Translations under genes and position numbers: made by a program | Assembly: GCA_947644325.1 (NCBI GenBank) | Contig: CANRZD010000001.1 | Location: forward strand, 6,810 to 70,809 | DNA: 64,000 bases | DNA from: an uncultured Clostridia bacterium | GTDB lineage: Bacteria; Bacillota; Clostridia; Oscillospirales; Acutalibacteraceae | Reading direction: 5' to 3' | In this document: positions 47,744 through 57,577 of the stretch, piece after piece | Position numbering within the stretch: the stretch's first letter is position 1 | Layout of the letters: each line of letters begins with the position of its first letter | Notes under the pieces: model-generated | What the model was told of the DNA's origin: nothing | Seen by the model: only the letters and a program-made list of their open reading frames with translations | Databases searched by the model: none

Positions 47744-48673
47744 ATGGAATATGATAGGGATACACGGGGGGCAGAGGGCAGTTCTGCCCTTATTGCCATT
47801 GTGGGCCGGCCCAACGTGGGCAAGTCCTCTATACTGAACCGGCTGGTGGGGGAGAAGGTGGCCATCGTCTCCCGCAAGCCCCAGACCACCCGCACCCGCA
47901 TCATGGGCGTGCTGACGGTGGGGGAGGACCAGCTGGTCTTCATGGACACCCCGGGGCTCTTAAAGCCCCGGAACTCCCTGGGAGACTACATGGTGAAGTC
48001 TGTGGTGAGCACCGTGGCGGGGGTAGACGCCTGCCTGCTGGTCACCGAAGCCGGGGCCCCGGTGTCAAAGGCCGACGAGGAGCTCATCCGGCGCTTCCGG
48101 GAGGCCGGGGTGCCAGCGGTGCTTGCCATCAACAAGATAGACCTTTTAGAGGACAAGACCCGGCTCATGGCCCAGATAGGGGCCTACAGCGGCCTCTATG
48201 ATTTCGAAGCCCTGGTGCCCGTCTCCGCCCGGGACGGAAACGGCATGGACGCCCTGCTCTCTGAGCTGCGGGGCCTTGCGGCGCCGGGGGGCTGGCTCTT
48301 TGACGAGGACATGCTCACCGACCAGACCGAGCCCGCCCTGGCGGCGGAGCTGGTGCGGGAGAAGGTCCTGCGGCTTTTGGACCAGGAGGTGCCCCACGGG
48401 GTGGCCGCCGTCACCGAGCACATGGAGGAGGAGGGGGAGACCCTGACCCTGCACGTGACCCTTTACTGCGAAAAGCAGAGCCACAAGGGCATGCTCATCG
48501 GCAAGGGGGGGCAGATGCTCAAGAAGATCGGCACCCTGGCCCGGAAAGATCTGGAAGAATTTTTCGGCTGCAAGGTGAACCTGCAGCTGTGGGTGAAGGT
48601 GAAGGAAGACTGGCGCCAGCGCCCCCAGACCCTGCAGGGCCTGGGCTTCTCAGAAAAAAACCTGGAGCTGTGA
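47744..48673 (+). CDS. era: GTPase Era
   Basis: GRPNVGKSS, KPQTTR, DTPG, NKID, KH-domain VPHG, LWVKVK. Confidence 0.97.
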   Translation: MEYDRDTRGAEGSSALIAIVGRPNVGKSSILNRLVGEKVAIVSRKPQTTRTRIMGVLTVGEDQLVFMDTPGLLKPRNSLGDYMVKSVVSTVAGVDACLLVTEAGAPVSKADEELIRRFREAGVPAVLAINKIDLLEDKTRLMAQIGAYSGLYDFEALVPVSARDGNGMDALLSELRGLAAPGGWLFDEDMLTDQTEPALAAELVREKVLRLLDQEVPHGVAAVTEHMEEEGETLTLHVTLYCEKQSHKGMLIGKGGQMLKKIGTLARKDLEEFFGCKVNLQLWVKVKEDWRQRPQTLQGLGFSEKNLEL

Positions 48674-48809
48674 CGGGGCACAAGCACAATTCTCCCGCGG
48701 ATAGTGCCGGAGCTTGTCGAACAAAGATATTTTTTCCTTTCATAGCGGGGGGAAAGCTGCAAATACTTTTTTTGCAGAGCTTTTCAGGCTCCGGAAGGAG
48801 GACGCCTTT

Positions 48810-48995
48810 GTGGACGAGAACCAGGCATGGCTGTGCTTTGCCCAGACAGGGAAGATAGAGGATTACATCCGTTACGCCCAGATAAAGGACCGGGCCCCGG
48901 GCCCCCAGGAGGTGTGTGGTGCGCAGGAAGGACAGTGTGCAGGTAAAGACCCAGGGCCTTGTTATCCGGGAGCAGCCGGTGGGGGAGAGCGATAA
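48810..48995 (+). CDS. yqzL: YqzL-like small protein
   Basis: RBS aaggagg + GTG; AWLCFAQTGKIEDYIRY resembles YqzL; syntenic position between era and recO. Confidence 0.6.
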   Translation: MDENQAWLCFAQTGKIEDYIRYAQIKDRAPGPQEVCGAQEGQCAGKDPGPCYPGAAGGGER

Positions 48996-49668
48996 GCTGG
49001 TCACCGTGCTGACCCGGGACGAGGGCGTGGTGCGGGCCTTTGCCCGCCGGGCCAAGAACCTGAAAGACAGCAAGAACTCCGCCACGGGGCTTTTGTGCTA
49101 TTCCCGCCTGAACCTGTATAAGGGGCGGGACAAGTACATAGTAAACGACGCCTTCCCCATCGAGGTGTTTTTCGGGCTGCGGAAAGACATCACGGCCCTG
49201 GCCCTGGGGCAGTATTTCTGCGCCCTTTCGGCAGAGCTGGTGCCTGAGGGGGTGGAGAGCGGGGAGTACCTGCGCCTGGTGCTCAACGCCCTGCACTTTC
49301 TCTGCGAGGGGAAAAAGCCCCCGGCCCTCTTAAAGCCCATTGTAGAGCTTAGGATGCTCTCCATCTCCGGCTTCATGCCCGACCTTATCGGCTGCGCCCG
49401 CTGCGGGGCCTATGAGGCGGAAACCATGGTTTTCCAGGTGCAGGAGGGGAACATCCGCTGCAAAGACTGCGGGGGAAAGGGCCTGCCCCTCTCTATGGGG
49501 GCCCTGACGGCCATGCGGCACATCGTCTATTCCGACTTTGCGAAGATCTTCTCCTTTTCCCTGTCGGAAGCGGCGGGGAAGGAGCTCTCCCGGGCGGCGG
49601 AGGCCTACACCGTGCAGGTGCTGCAGAAACGGCCCCAGACTTTGGATTTTTATAACAGTTTGACATAG
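48937..49668 (+). CDS. recO: DNA repair protein RecO
   Basis: GESDKLVTVLTRDEG, Zn finger CARC..CKDC. Confidence 0.93.
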   Translation: MQVKTQGLVIREQPVGESDKLVTVLTRDEGVVRAFARRAKNLKDSKNSATGLLCYSRLNLYKGRDKYIVNDAFPIEVFFGLRKDITALALGQYFCALSAELVPEGVESGEYLRLVLNALHFLCEGKKPPALLKPIVELRMLSISGFMPDLIGCARCGAYEAETMVFQVQEGNIRCKDCGGKGLPLSMGALTAMRHIVYSDFAKIFSFSLSEAAGKELSRAAEAYTVQVLQKRPQTLDFYNSLT

Positions 49669-49685
49669 AGGAAGAAAGGAAGAAT

Positions 49686-52037
49686 ATGGACAAGAATTAC
49701 CGGGCTTTAGAGCTCGACAAGGTTTTAGAGATGGTGGCCAAGGAGACCACCTGCGAGGACGGCGCGGCCCTGGCCCGCTCTATAGAGCCGGTGCACACCG
49801 CTGGGGAGGCCCGCCGCCTTTTAGAGGAGACCGACGCGGCCTTTGTGCTCATGGCGAAGTTCGGCGCGCCCTCCTTCTACGGCATGAAGAACGTCACAAA
49901 CGCCCTGCGCAGGGCCCAGGCCGGGGGCGGGCTGGGCCTGCGGGAGCTTCTGGACGTCGGGGGCACCCTGCGGGCCATCCGCTCCTTGAAGCAATGGCAC
50001 CAGAAGAACGCCGGCATGCGCACGGTGCTCTCCCCGCGCTTTGACATACTGGCCCCCAATAAGGCGCTGGAGGAGCGCATCTTCACCTGCATCCAGAGCG
50101 AGGAGGAGGTGTCGGACGCCGCCTCCCCGGCCCTTGGGGCCATACGCCGGAAGATACGGGGGGCGTCCGCCCGGGTGCGGGAGCACCTGGATAGGCTCAT
50201 CCACTCCCAGGCCCACCAGAAGCACCTGCAGGAGGCCATCGTCACCCAGAGAAGCGGCCGGTACGTGGTGCCGGTGAAAGCGGAGTTTCGGGGGGAGGTG
50301 CCGGGCCTTGTGCACGACAGCTCCGCCAGCGGGGCCACGGTGTTTATCGAGCCCATGAGCGTGGTGGAGCTCAATAACGAAATACGGGTGCTTAGGGCCG
50401 ACGAACAGGAGGAGATCGCCCGCATCCTGCTGGAGCTTTCCGGGCAGGCGGGGGAGGAGGCCGATTCCCTTATCGAAAGCTACGGCTACGCGGTGCAGCT
50501 CAATGTGATCTTCGCAAAGGCCCAGCTTGCCTACCGCATGAAGGCCGTGGTGCCCCAGATCGACGAGCAGGGCCGCACAGAGCTGCACGCCGCCCGCCAC
50601 CCGCTCATTGCGAAAGACAAGGTGGTGCCCACGGACATGACCCTGGGGGAGGATTTTGACGCCCTTATCATCACCGGCCCCAACACCGGCGGCAAGACCG
50701 TGGCCTTAAAGACCCTGGGCCTTCTCACCCTCATGGCCATGTGCGGGCTGATGCTGCCCGCCGGGGAGGGCAGCCGGGTGCCGGTGTATGAACATATCCT
50801 GGCGGACATAGGGGACGAGCAGAGCATCGAGCAGAGCCTTTCCACCTTTTCGGCCCACATGGTGAACATCATCCGCATCCTGTCTGTGGCCGACGGCAGC
50901 AGCCTGGTGCTCTTGGACGAGCTGGGCGCGGGCACCGACCCCGTGGAGGGCGCGGCCCTGGCCACGGCCATTATAGAGGAGCTGCGGGGCAAGGGGGTGC
51001 GCATGGCCTGCACCACCCATTACGCCGAGCTGAAAAGCTACGCCCTGCAGACCCCCGGGGTGGAGAACGCCTGCTGCGAGTTCGACGTGGAGAGCCTGCG
51101 GCCCACCTACCGGCTCTTGATCGGCGTGCCGGGCAAGTCAAACGCCTTTGCCATCTCCCGGCGCCTGGGGCTGGAGGGGCGCATCGTGGACCGGGCCGGG
51201 GCCCTGGTAAACGAGGAGAGCAGCTCCTTCGAGCAGGTCATAGAGCGCCTGGAGGAGCGCCGCCGGGAAATGGAAAAGGAGCTGGAGGCCGCCCGGAAGG
51301 CCGCGGCCCTTGCCCGGGAGAGCATGCGCCAGACAGAAGCCAGACAGGCCGAGGCCGGCCAGCAGGCCAAAAGGGAAATCGAGCAGGCAAAGGAGGAGGC
51401 CGCCCGCATCGTGCAGAAGACGCGGCAGCAGGCGGACGCGCTCCTCAATGAACTGGACGAGCTGCGCAGGCAGCAGAACAAGAGCCTTTCCGCCGAGCAG
51501 AAGGCAAGGCTGCGCTCTGGCCTGCGGGACTTGGAATCCTCGGCGGACCCGGTGCGCAAGCGGCGACAGGAGGATTACCGCCTGCCAAGGGAGCTGCGGC
51601 CCGGGGACACGGTGCTTATCTTCGACATCGACAAGACGGCCAGCGTGCTGGAGGTCCCCAAGGACGGCCAGGTGCTGGTACAGGCGGGCATTATGAAGAC
51701 CCGGGTGCCGGTGGAGGGCCTGCGCCTTGTGGAGGCCCAGAAGGTGAAGGGGCCAAAAATGCGCGGCGTCACCAAAAGCGTTTCCGCGCCGGAGGCCGCC
51801 TCCAGCCTGGACCTGCGGGGCATGAACGTGGAGGAGGGCCTTATGGAAGTGGACGCCTTTCTGGACCGGGTGGCCCGGGCCCACCTGACCCAGGCCATGA
51901 TCATCCATGGCAAAGGCACCGGCGTGCTGCGGGCCGCCGTGCAGAAGCACCTGCGCCGCTGCCCCCAGGTGAAAAGCTTCCGCCTGGGCACCTACGGCGA
52001 GGGCGAAAGCGGCGTGACGGTGGTGGAAATGAAGTAA
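49686..52037 (+). CDS. mutS2: Endonuclease MutS2
   Basis: ITGPNTGGKT, EQSLSTFSAH, DELGAGTDP, C-terminal Smr domain LDLRG..IIHGKGTG. Confidence 0.97.
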   Translation: MDKNYRALELDKVLEMVAKETTCEDGAALARSIEPVHTAGEARRLLEETDAAFVLMAKFGAPSFYGMKNVTNALRRAQAGGGLGLRELLDVGGTLRAIRSLKQWHQKNAGMRTVLSPRFDILAPNKALEERIFTCIQSEEEVSDAASPALGAIRRKIRGASARVREHLDRLIHSQAHQKHLQEAIVTQRSGRYVVPVKAEFRGEVPGLVHDSSASGATVFIEPMSVVELNNEIRVLRADEQEEIARILLELSGQAGEEADSLIESYGYAVQLNVIFAKAQLAYRMKAVVPQIDEQGRTELHAARHPLIAKDKVVPTDMTLGEDFDALIITGPNTGGKTVALKTLGLLTLMAMCGLMLPAGEGSRVPVYEHILADIGDEQSIEQSLSTFSAHMVNIIRILSVADGSSLVLLDELGAGTDPVEGAALATAIIEELRGKGVRMACTTHYAELKSYALQTPGVENACCEFDVESLRPTYRLLIGVPGKSNAFAISRRLGLEGRIVDRAGALVNEESSSFEQVIERLEERRREMEKELEAARKAAALARESMRQTEARQAEAGQQAKREIEQAKEEAARIVQKTRQQADALLNELDELRRQQNKSLSAEQKARLRSGLRDLESSADPVRKRRQEDYRLPRELRPGDTVLIFDIDKTASVLEVPKDGQVLVQAGIMKTRVPVEGLRLVEAQKVKGPKMRGVTKSVSAPEAASSLDLRGMNVEEGLMEVDAFLDRVARAHLTQAMIIHGKGTGVLRAAVQKHLRRCPQVKSFRLGTYGEGESGVTVVEMK

Positions 52038-52056
52038 AATTTTTTTCAAAAACCCC

Positions 52057-52085
52057 TTGCATTTTTCTTCCCCTTGTGCTATAAT
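52057..52085 (+). promoter_or_regulatory. Sigma-A promoter of the tRNA
   Basis: TTGCAT-N17-TATAAT with extended TG. Confidence 0.75.
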
Positions 52086-52119
52086 AATTGAGCACTCAGA
52101 TGAGAGCCCAATAAAATAG

Positions 52120-52196
<77 letters not shown>

Positions 52197-52200
52197 ATTT

Positions 52201-52282
52201 TCCCCGGAAACTCTAGGGTTTCCGGGGATTTCATTTTGCTTTTTCCCTTTGTTTCCCTTACCTGACCCATGCGCTGACCCAT
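52201..52282. repeat. att-flanking inverted repeat and putative integrase arm-type direct repeats
   Basis: 11-bp stem tccccggaaac/gtttccgggga (52201-52228); CTGACCCAT twice (52262-52270, 52274-52282). Confidence 0.6.
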
Positions 52283-52304
52283 ACGGGGAAACGACCGGGT
52301 ACTT

Positions 52305-53453
52305 CTAAACGCTGCCGGATAGCAAACTGTCCATAGTCCGGGCCGCTTCTTTCTGTGCGGCGGTGGTAACGTGGGCGTAGGTGTCCAGGGTGAACCCTGC
52401 CGAGTAGTGACCCAGCATACCCGACACCGTTTTGATGTCTACTCCATTTTGGAGTGCCAGCGTTGAAAACGTGTGCCTCAAATCATGAAAACGCAAGGGT
52501 GGCAATCCGGCTCTATCCAGTACCCGGTGTAGCATATGCAGAACGCTGTCCGGCGAGATTGGCCCGCCGTTTGGCGAGGGGAACACATACTCACCAGCCA
52601 CTTTACTCCTCTGCTCTCTGAGAATTTCTATCGCGTCTGCTCCGATGGACAGCGTGCGGTAGGAATTTTTTGTCTTTAATGGGGCCTCCACCACTTCCCC
52701 ATCGATCCTGGCTACCTGCCGTTTCACTTGGATGGCACCTGTGTCCAGGTTGATATCGTCCCACTTTAGGCCCAGCAGTTCGCCACGACGCAAGCCTGTT
52801 GCCAACTCCAAGTAGTACATCTCGAACACGCCGCTATTCTTGGCCTCGCGGAAGAAAGCTGCTAATTGGTCGGCGGTCAGCGTTTTCATCTCTTGGTGCT
52901 CAACTTTTGGCAGGGCACAACCATCCGTGGGGTTGGTGGAGATGAGTTTCTGGCTTTTGGCAAGTTCCATAGCTGACGATATCACTTGGTTTATATTTCG
53001 TACCGTTTTGGCACTCAGGCCCTTGGGCTGTTGCTTGGATTCTGTCCTCTCTACCCTGCCGCTGGTCAGCAGCTTCCTGTAAAGCGTCTGGACTTCCAGC
53101 ATTGTCAGCTTGCCAAGAGGTATCTTGCCGATGCTTGGCTTGATGTGATTTTCAATATAACCTTTGTAGGTTTTGTGCGATGATGGTCGCACCTTGATTT
53201 TGGCGTAGTTCTCAAACCATACGTCCATCCACTGCCCCACCGTGTACTGACCGGCTTTGACCACGTCCAAACCTTTGCTATCCTCGATGGCCCGGGCAAG
53301 TTTTTCCTTGACTTCCGCCTGGGTTTTGCCCAGCACGTTCTTGTAAATCACCTTGCCGGACTCAGGGTCACGGCCTGCGGTGTAACGTCCCTCCCAGCGA
53401 CCGTCTTTGCGTTTGCGTATGTTTCCTTCGCCGTTTGCTCTGCGTTTTGCCAT
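52305..53453 (-). CDS. int: Tyrosine recombinase/integrase
   Basis: MAKRRANGEG arm-binding N-terminus; TGLRRGELL, KT, FHDLRHT, MLGH, YAH catalytic residues intact. Confidence 0.97.
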   Translation of the reverse strand: MAKRRANGEGNIRKRKDGRWEGRYTAGRDPESGKVIYKNVLGKTQAEVKEKLARAIEDSKGLDVVKAGQYTVGQWMDVWFENYAKIKVRPSSHKTYKGYIENHIKPSIGKIPLGKLTMLEVQTLYRKLLTSGRVERTESKQQPKGLSAKTVRNINQVISSAMELAKSQKLISTNPTDGCALPKVEHQEMKTLTADQLAAFFREAKNSGVFEMYYLELATGLRRGELLGLKWDDINLDTGAIQVKRQVARIDGEVVEAPLKTKNSYRTLSIGADAIEILREQRSKVAGEYVFPSPNGGPISPDSVLHMLHRVLDRAGLPPLRFHDLRHTFSTLALQNGVDIKTVSGMLGHYSAGFTLDTYAHVTTAAQKEAARTMDSLLSGSV

Positions 53454-53582
53454 ATCTTGGCCTCCTTTCTGACTACCAACACTACCACATAGCACCCGCC
53501 TATGTCCACTGACAATTTTCTTACATTTTCCGGTTTCGTTCAAAATCGTCTTCTTTGTTTTGCGCCGCAAATTATGAGTGGC

Positions 53583-54932
53583 TTACATCCTCATGAAATA
53601 ATCCTCATCATCTATATCCTGCCGGACACCACGCTCCGTTTTCAACCCATGTGCCGCCTTCTTCTGCTCGATTTTACTCCTGAGTTTGCTGTCTATCTGA
53701 GTGTTGAGCCGAGCAATTTTCTTGTCATAACTCTTGGAAATCAACTTGCATAGTGCGCTGACTACCGACTTCATCGCTGAGCCTACATCGTAACTGTGCG
53801 TGGGCTCTGCATCCATAATCCTCATAGCAAGTACCGCACTCCGCACAATCATATTCTTAATGCTGCGGAACTCAGGGTTATCTTCCAGCGGAACATCGGG
53901 CTTTTTCTTTTCATGATAGAGTGATAATTTCTCTCGGTTGACCTTATTCCACTCAGAATTTAGCCTTGCAATGTCCCTGTCCTTTCCGAGCTCCACCACA
54001 ATTTTGTTGACGGTATCCTTAACATCTTTCGGCAGATAGCCGTACTGCTTGCGTCCCTTGCAGGTCTTTAGCTGGGAAACCAGCTTCAGAAACAGTATCT
54101 CCACTTCAGAAGTGGGCGCGTATGAGTCACGGATTTTAGCAAGCAGTCTTTCAATTTCCTCACGGCTTTCCCTCTTTAGCCGGTCACGCAAATCTGTTTC
54201 CATCGTGAACAGCTTGTATTGCTCCAGCCGAAAAATGTCATTGCCCAGCGCACTTCGTAACTCGTCAATGCCTTTTTTCGTCAGCCAACCCTGTTTTGCG
54301 TCCTTGGAATAGACCAGCAGGTGCATATGCGGGTGGTGAGCGGTGTTGTGAAATGCACCGTACCATTGGAGGTTTGTAAGATTAATTTTCTGAGCCTCCG
54401 CCAACTCAGTGACGTTCCTTCGCACCAATTCGCGCCACGCCTCGGCCCTGTTGTACCTCAACCTCTCGGCATCCTCACGGTGCAAGCTGATAACGTGAGT
54501 CCAGATGATGCCCTTATGCTGGCCTACTTCTTCCGCGACGGAATTCAAATCAATCTTGTCATCGCTCTGGCTAAAAAGGCCATGCGGTCCCAGCTTTTCC
54601 ACTCCAGGCCGTTCCGCCATGTAGCTGACCATCTTGTCCAACTCGCCAATGCGGTCAGCGTTACGCTCAATAAAAGCATCGATGAACTCGCTTGCGTTGC
54701 TCTTGGTGGGAAAGCTCTCGTAGTCATGATACTCGCCATAATCTTTAGCCGACCGGTCGAACTTGATGATGTCCTGCACCAATCGCTGCTGACGAACGGT
54801 GGCCGGAGCGTTGTCAACACCCTCGGACACCTTCTCAACTCCCTCACGAGTACCCATATACTTTACCAGATTTGTTGCCGAACGCTTTGGAGAATTCCTC
54901 ATGTACCTGCTGGTGACAATAATTTTCGCCAT
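53583..54932 (-). CDS. Relaxase, MobL/MobP3-like
   Basis: LVKYMGTREGVE (catalytic Tyr), WTHVISLHRED, FHNTAHHPHMHL HUH motif. Confidence 0.85.
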   Translation of the reverse strand: MAKIIVTSRYMRNSPKRSATNLVKYMGTREGVEKVSEGVDNAPATVRQQRLVQDIIKFDRSAKDYGEYHDYESFPTKSNASEFIDAFIERNADRIGELDKMVSYMAERPGVEKLGPHGLFSQSDDKIDLNSVAEEVGQHKGIIWTHVISLHREDAERLRYNRAEAWRELVRRNVTELAEAQKINLTNLQWYGAFHNTAHHPHMHLLVYSKDAKQGWLTKKGIDELRSALGNDIFRLEQYKLFTMETDLRDRLKRESREEIERLLAKIRDSYAPTSEVEILFLKLVSQLKTCKGRKQYGYLPKDVKDTVNKIVVELGKDRDIARLNSEWNKVNREKLSLYHEKKKPDVPLEDNPEFRSIKNMIVRSAVLAMRIMDAEPTHSYDVGSAMKSVVSALCKLISKSYDKKIARLNTQIDSKLRSKIEQKKAAHGLKTERGVRQDIDDEDYFMRM

Positions 54933-54934
54933 AA

Positions 54935-55342
54935 TCAGTCACCCCCATTCTGCCACTCATCGGCATCTTCGAAGGTTAGAAGGCCATTCACCTTCGCTAT
55001 CTCCTGAGCGACATTGAGCCGCACTGTGTCCAGAGATTCATCGGAAATGTCATTGACCGCTGCCGTGATGTTACTGTTGATTCCAATTTCCACCGCCAGC
55101 TTGAACAGCATTTCGCAAACATCTTTGCCGAGAGAACGCACCTCGCTCTTGATTGCTCCTGCCAACATTGGAGCCAAGTAATTGATGTTTTTCTGCTGCC
55201 GGAGGTAGCCAATATAAAACGCAACGGCCTTGCAAACGAAGTCGCTTTTTGAGGTGGCGTTCGCCGCTGATAGCATTTCCTCTATTTCAGCGACCATTGA
55301 GGGCACCATCCAGTACGCATATTTTTGCTTTATTTCGTCCAA
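54935..55342 (-). CDS. Relaxase-adjacent accessory protein (MobC/RHH-like)
   Basis: RBS gaaaggag + TTG; SKSDFVCKAVAFY RHH-like segment; 2 bp from the relaxase start. Confidence 0.6.
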   Translation of the reverse strand: MDEIKQKYAYWMVPSMVAEIEEMLSAANATSKSDFVCKAVAFYIGYLRQQKNINYLAPMLAGAIKSEVRSLGKDVCEMLFKLAVEIGINSNITAAVNDISDESLDTVRLNVAQEIAKVNGLLTFEDADEWQNGGD

Positions 55343-55664
55343 ATAAGCTCCTTTCTGACCGACCCCTGATTCCAAAGGCCGGTATTTCCTGATTTTCTCC
55401 CGAACGACCGGCTCTGCCGGACGATGTCTCCCGCGCGGTAGACCCCGCGCTTTAACCTGCTTGTCTTTTTGACCGTTTCCTGCATCCCTTTGGGTTGGAT
55501 ATTTTTTCAAAATCTTGCATATCCACGCCTTTTCCGCTCTACCGACTGCCACCCTCACAAATCTCCACAAATGCCCCAAAACGGCACTCTGGGCCGGTTG
55601 CTGCTTACTTTCTGCGGCCTCCGGCCCCAATCGCCTGACACGGCCCTCACACGGCTCATAAAGC

Positions 55665-56027
55665 CTACCTTGACAACTGGCACTCATCGTGGTATTTGAT
55701 TGCTCCATAAATGGGAAGAATCGTGAAAATCAAGTTGCTATTTCTAACTTGTCCATCGGTGCTCTCATACTTTGTAGGCTCTGTCAGGATAAGCGTTTTG
55801 TACTCCAACTCCCGCACATACTTCCTCACGGTGTTCTCGCACATGCCTACTGCCCTGCCGATAGTTTTGTAGCTGGGCCAGCATTTGTGCGACTTCCTGT
55901 CCTCGCAGTACATGAGGTAGGCATAGACAGCCAGTTCACCCGCTGACAAACCTAAACTGAAAATTGCGTTTGGCAGAGGAAAGAAGTTCTTCGCTCCGCT
56001 GCATGACGCTCTCAAAAAATTACTCAT
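55665..56027 (-). CDS. Winged-helix (HTH_36-like) protein, putative replication initiator or regulator
   Basis: NFFPLPNAIF, LAVYAYL, CWPSYKTIGRAVGMCENTVRKYVREL. Confidence 0.75.
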   Translation of the reverse strand: MSNFLRASCSGAKNFFPLPNAIFSLGLSAGELAVYAYLMYCEDRKSHKCWPSYKTIGRAVGMCENTVRKYVRELEYKTLILTEPTKYESTDGQVRNSNLIFTILPIYGAIKYHDECQLSR

Positions 56028-56236
56028 ATCACAGTACCTCCTGTCTGATTCTCAACCCGCGAGAGAAATTTCTCCTTGGGAACCACCAAGCGCGAACCGA
56101 TTCTCAGCACAGGAAAGTCCTCCTGATGCAGCAACTCATAGTCTCCAGCCATAGAGATTCCCAAAACCTCTGCCACTGTTTTCGCATTGAGAAACAGTGG
56201 CAGTTCGTCATAGCTTTTGAACTTTGATTGAACCAC
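56024..56236 (-). CDS. xis: Excisionase (HTH_17)
   Basis: SYDELPLFLNAKTVAEVLGIS..YELL...FPVLRIGSRLVVP; RBS aggagg; overlaps the next gene by 4 bp. Confidence 0.8.
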   Translation of the reverse strand: MVQSKFKSYDELPLFLNAKTVAEVLGISMAGDYELLHQEDFPVLRIGSRLVVPKEKFLSRVENQTGGTVI

Positions 56237-56399
56237 TCCGCACCTCCTAAAAAATGTCTTGACTTTTCCGTTTACCTGTTGTAGACTAATTCTTAAACAG
56301 AGTTTGATTTGCAGACTGTCATATGGTAACACACGGCAATCCATTTGTCAAGGACAATTTCAAAAATATTTTTATCTTTTCAAAAGGAGCGCAACCAAG

Positions 56400-57371
56400 A
56401 TGGCTGACTACCTGTTCTACACCTACTTTGAAGATGGCCGCGAGCATTTCGTCTACAAAGATTTGACGTTCGAGCGCTCGCACAAAAAAGAAAAAGGCTT
56501 CCCATTTCTGGAAAGCCTTTTGCGGTTCACCTACTTGGACATCTGGTCAATGGAAGATTTATTTAAGGAAATGGACAAGGCCCTGCTGAATTTCTATCGG
56601 GAACACGACTTTGATTCGCAGGCTGCTGTGATGGGCACGCTTGAGGAACTTGCGAAAAAGCACATCTACTTCGAGTTTTTACGTCTCGACTGGCAGGCGC
56701 ATTTCCGCTATATTGACCATCACCCGGACGAGGACGTGTACAAATATCTCCCGCATAAGCAGCTGCGGCACATCCCCAGCGACCTCGATACGCTCCAAAA
56801 ACAAATCATGCGCCTGTTCGAGGACGTGCTGGACATCGACGACGGCAAGAAGAAACCCGTGCAAGAAAAACTACAAGCTTACCTTGATAAGGAGAAAAGA
56901 GAATCGCTCTATGCCTACCAGTTCAGACCAATCTCTACTGTCTATGAGCAAACTGGCAACGGTACTTTTACCGAAGTGCTGCACCCAACTTCAATTTCCG
57001 ACCTGGTTGAGTTCTCCATCCGGGAATGCGTCAAGCGGGAACAGCGTATGCGCATCTGCTCATACTGTGGCAAGTATTTTGCTATCCCCCGGCGCAACAC
57101 GGCGGAGTTCTGCAATTTGACCGTCGACGAGAACGGGCACACCTGCCGGGAGGTCGGCGCAGTCAAGCGCTGGGCGGAGAAGAAAAATTCGGATGAGTTA
57201 TTCAGGGAGTACCGCCGGGAGTATAAGAAACGCTTTAACTGGATCAAGGCGGGGAAAATAAGTCCCGGCACGTTCTACGCCTGGAGCACCACGGCAAAGG
57301 GCAAACGTGACGAGTGCGCCGCCGGTAAAATGTCTTTTGATGAGTTCAAGGAGTGGCTGAGTAAATCTTGA
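56400..57371 (+). CDS. DUF6076-like protein with C-terminal CxxC...C zinc module
   Basis: RICSYCGKYF....RNTAEFCN...TCREVGA, YRREYKKRF, W..W C-terminal helices; RBS aaggag. Confidence 0.75.
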   Translation: MADYLFYTYFEDGREHFVYKDLTFERSHKKEKGFPFLESLLRFTYLDIWSMEDLFKEMDKALLNFYREHDFDSQAAVMGTLEELAKKHIYFEFLRLDWQAHFRYIDHHPDEDVYKYLPHKQLRHIPSDLDTLQKQIMRLFEDVLDIDDGKKKPVQEKLQAYLDKEKRESLYAYQFRPISTVYEQTGNGTFTEVLHPTSISDLVEFSIRECVKREQRMRICSYCGKYFAIPRRNTAEFCNLTVDENGHTCREVGAVKRWAEKKNSDELFREYRREYKKRFNWIKAGKISPGTFYAWSTTAKGKRDECAAGKMSFDEFKEWLSKS

Positions 57372-57577
57372 TTTCTTAAAGCCCTATTCATTGTTTAGCG
57401 GTGCAAATTTTGGAATTAGTTTTATGATTATAATTATCATATGTGAAATAACTGCATATAGTCACCAACTTAGCATATACAGCGTCCCATCGATTACGTA
57501 ATGACAAAATCACTTGACACATTTTCGTCTATCAATTAAAATAATAGAAAATGTAACATCACACAGAAAGCGACTGG

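Noticed and set aside
55964-56227. 87-aa plus-strand ORF within the element
   Set aside because: Antisense to xis and the HTH gene, no RBS or motif.
57400-57500. AT-rich tract with the atgattataattatcat palindrome
   Set aside because: Probably just the promoter/operator region of the cargo; short palindromes are expected in AT-rich DNA and I have no independent support.
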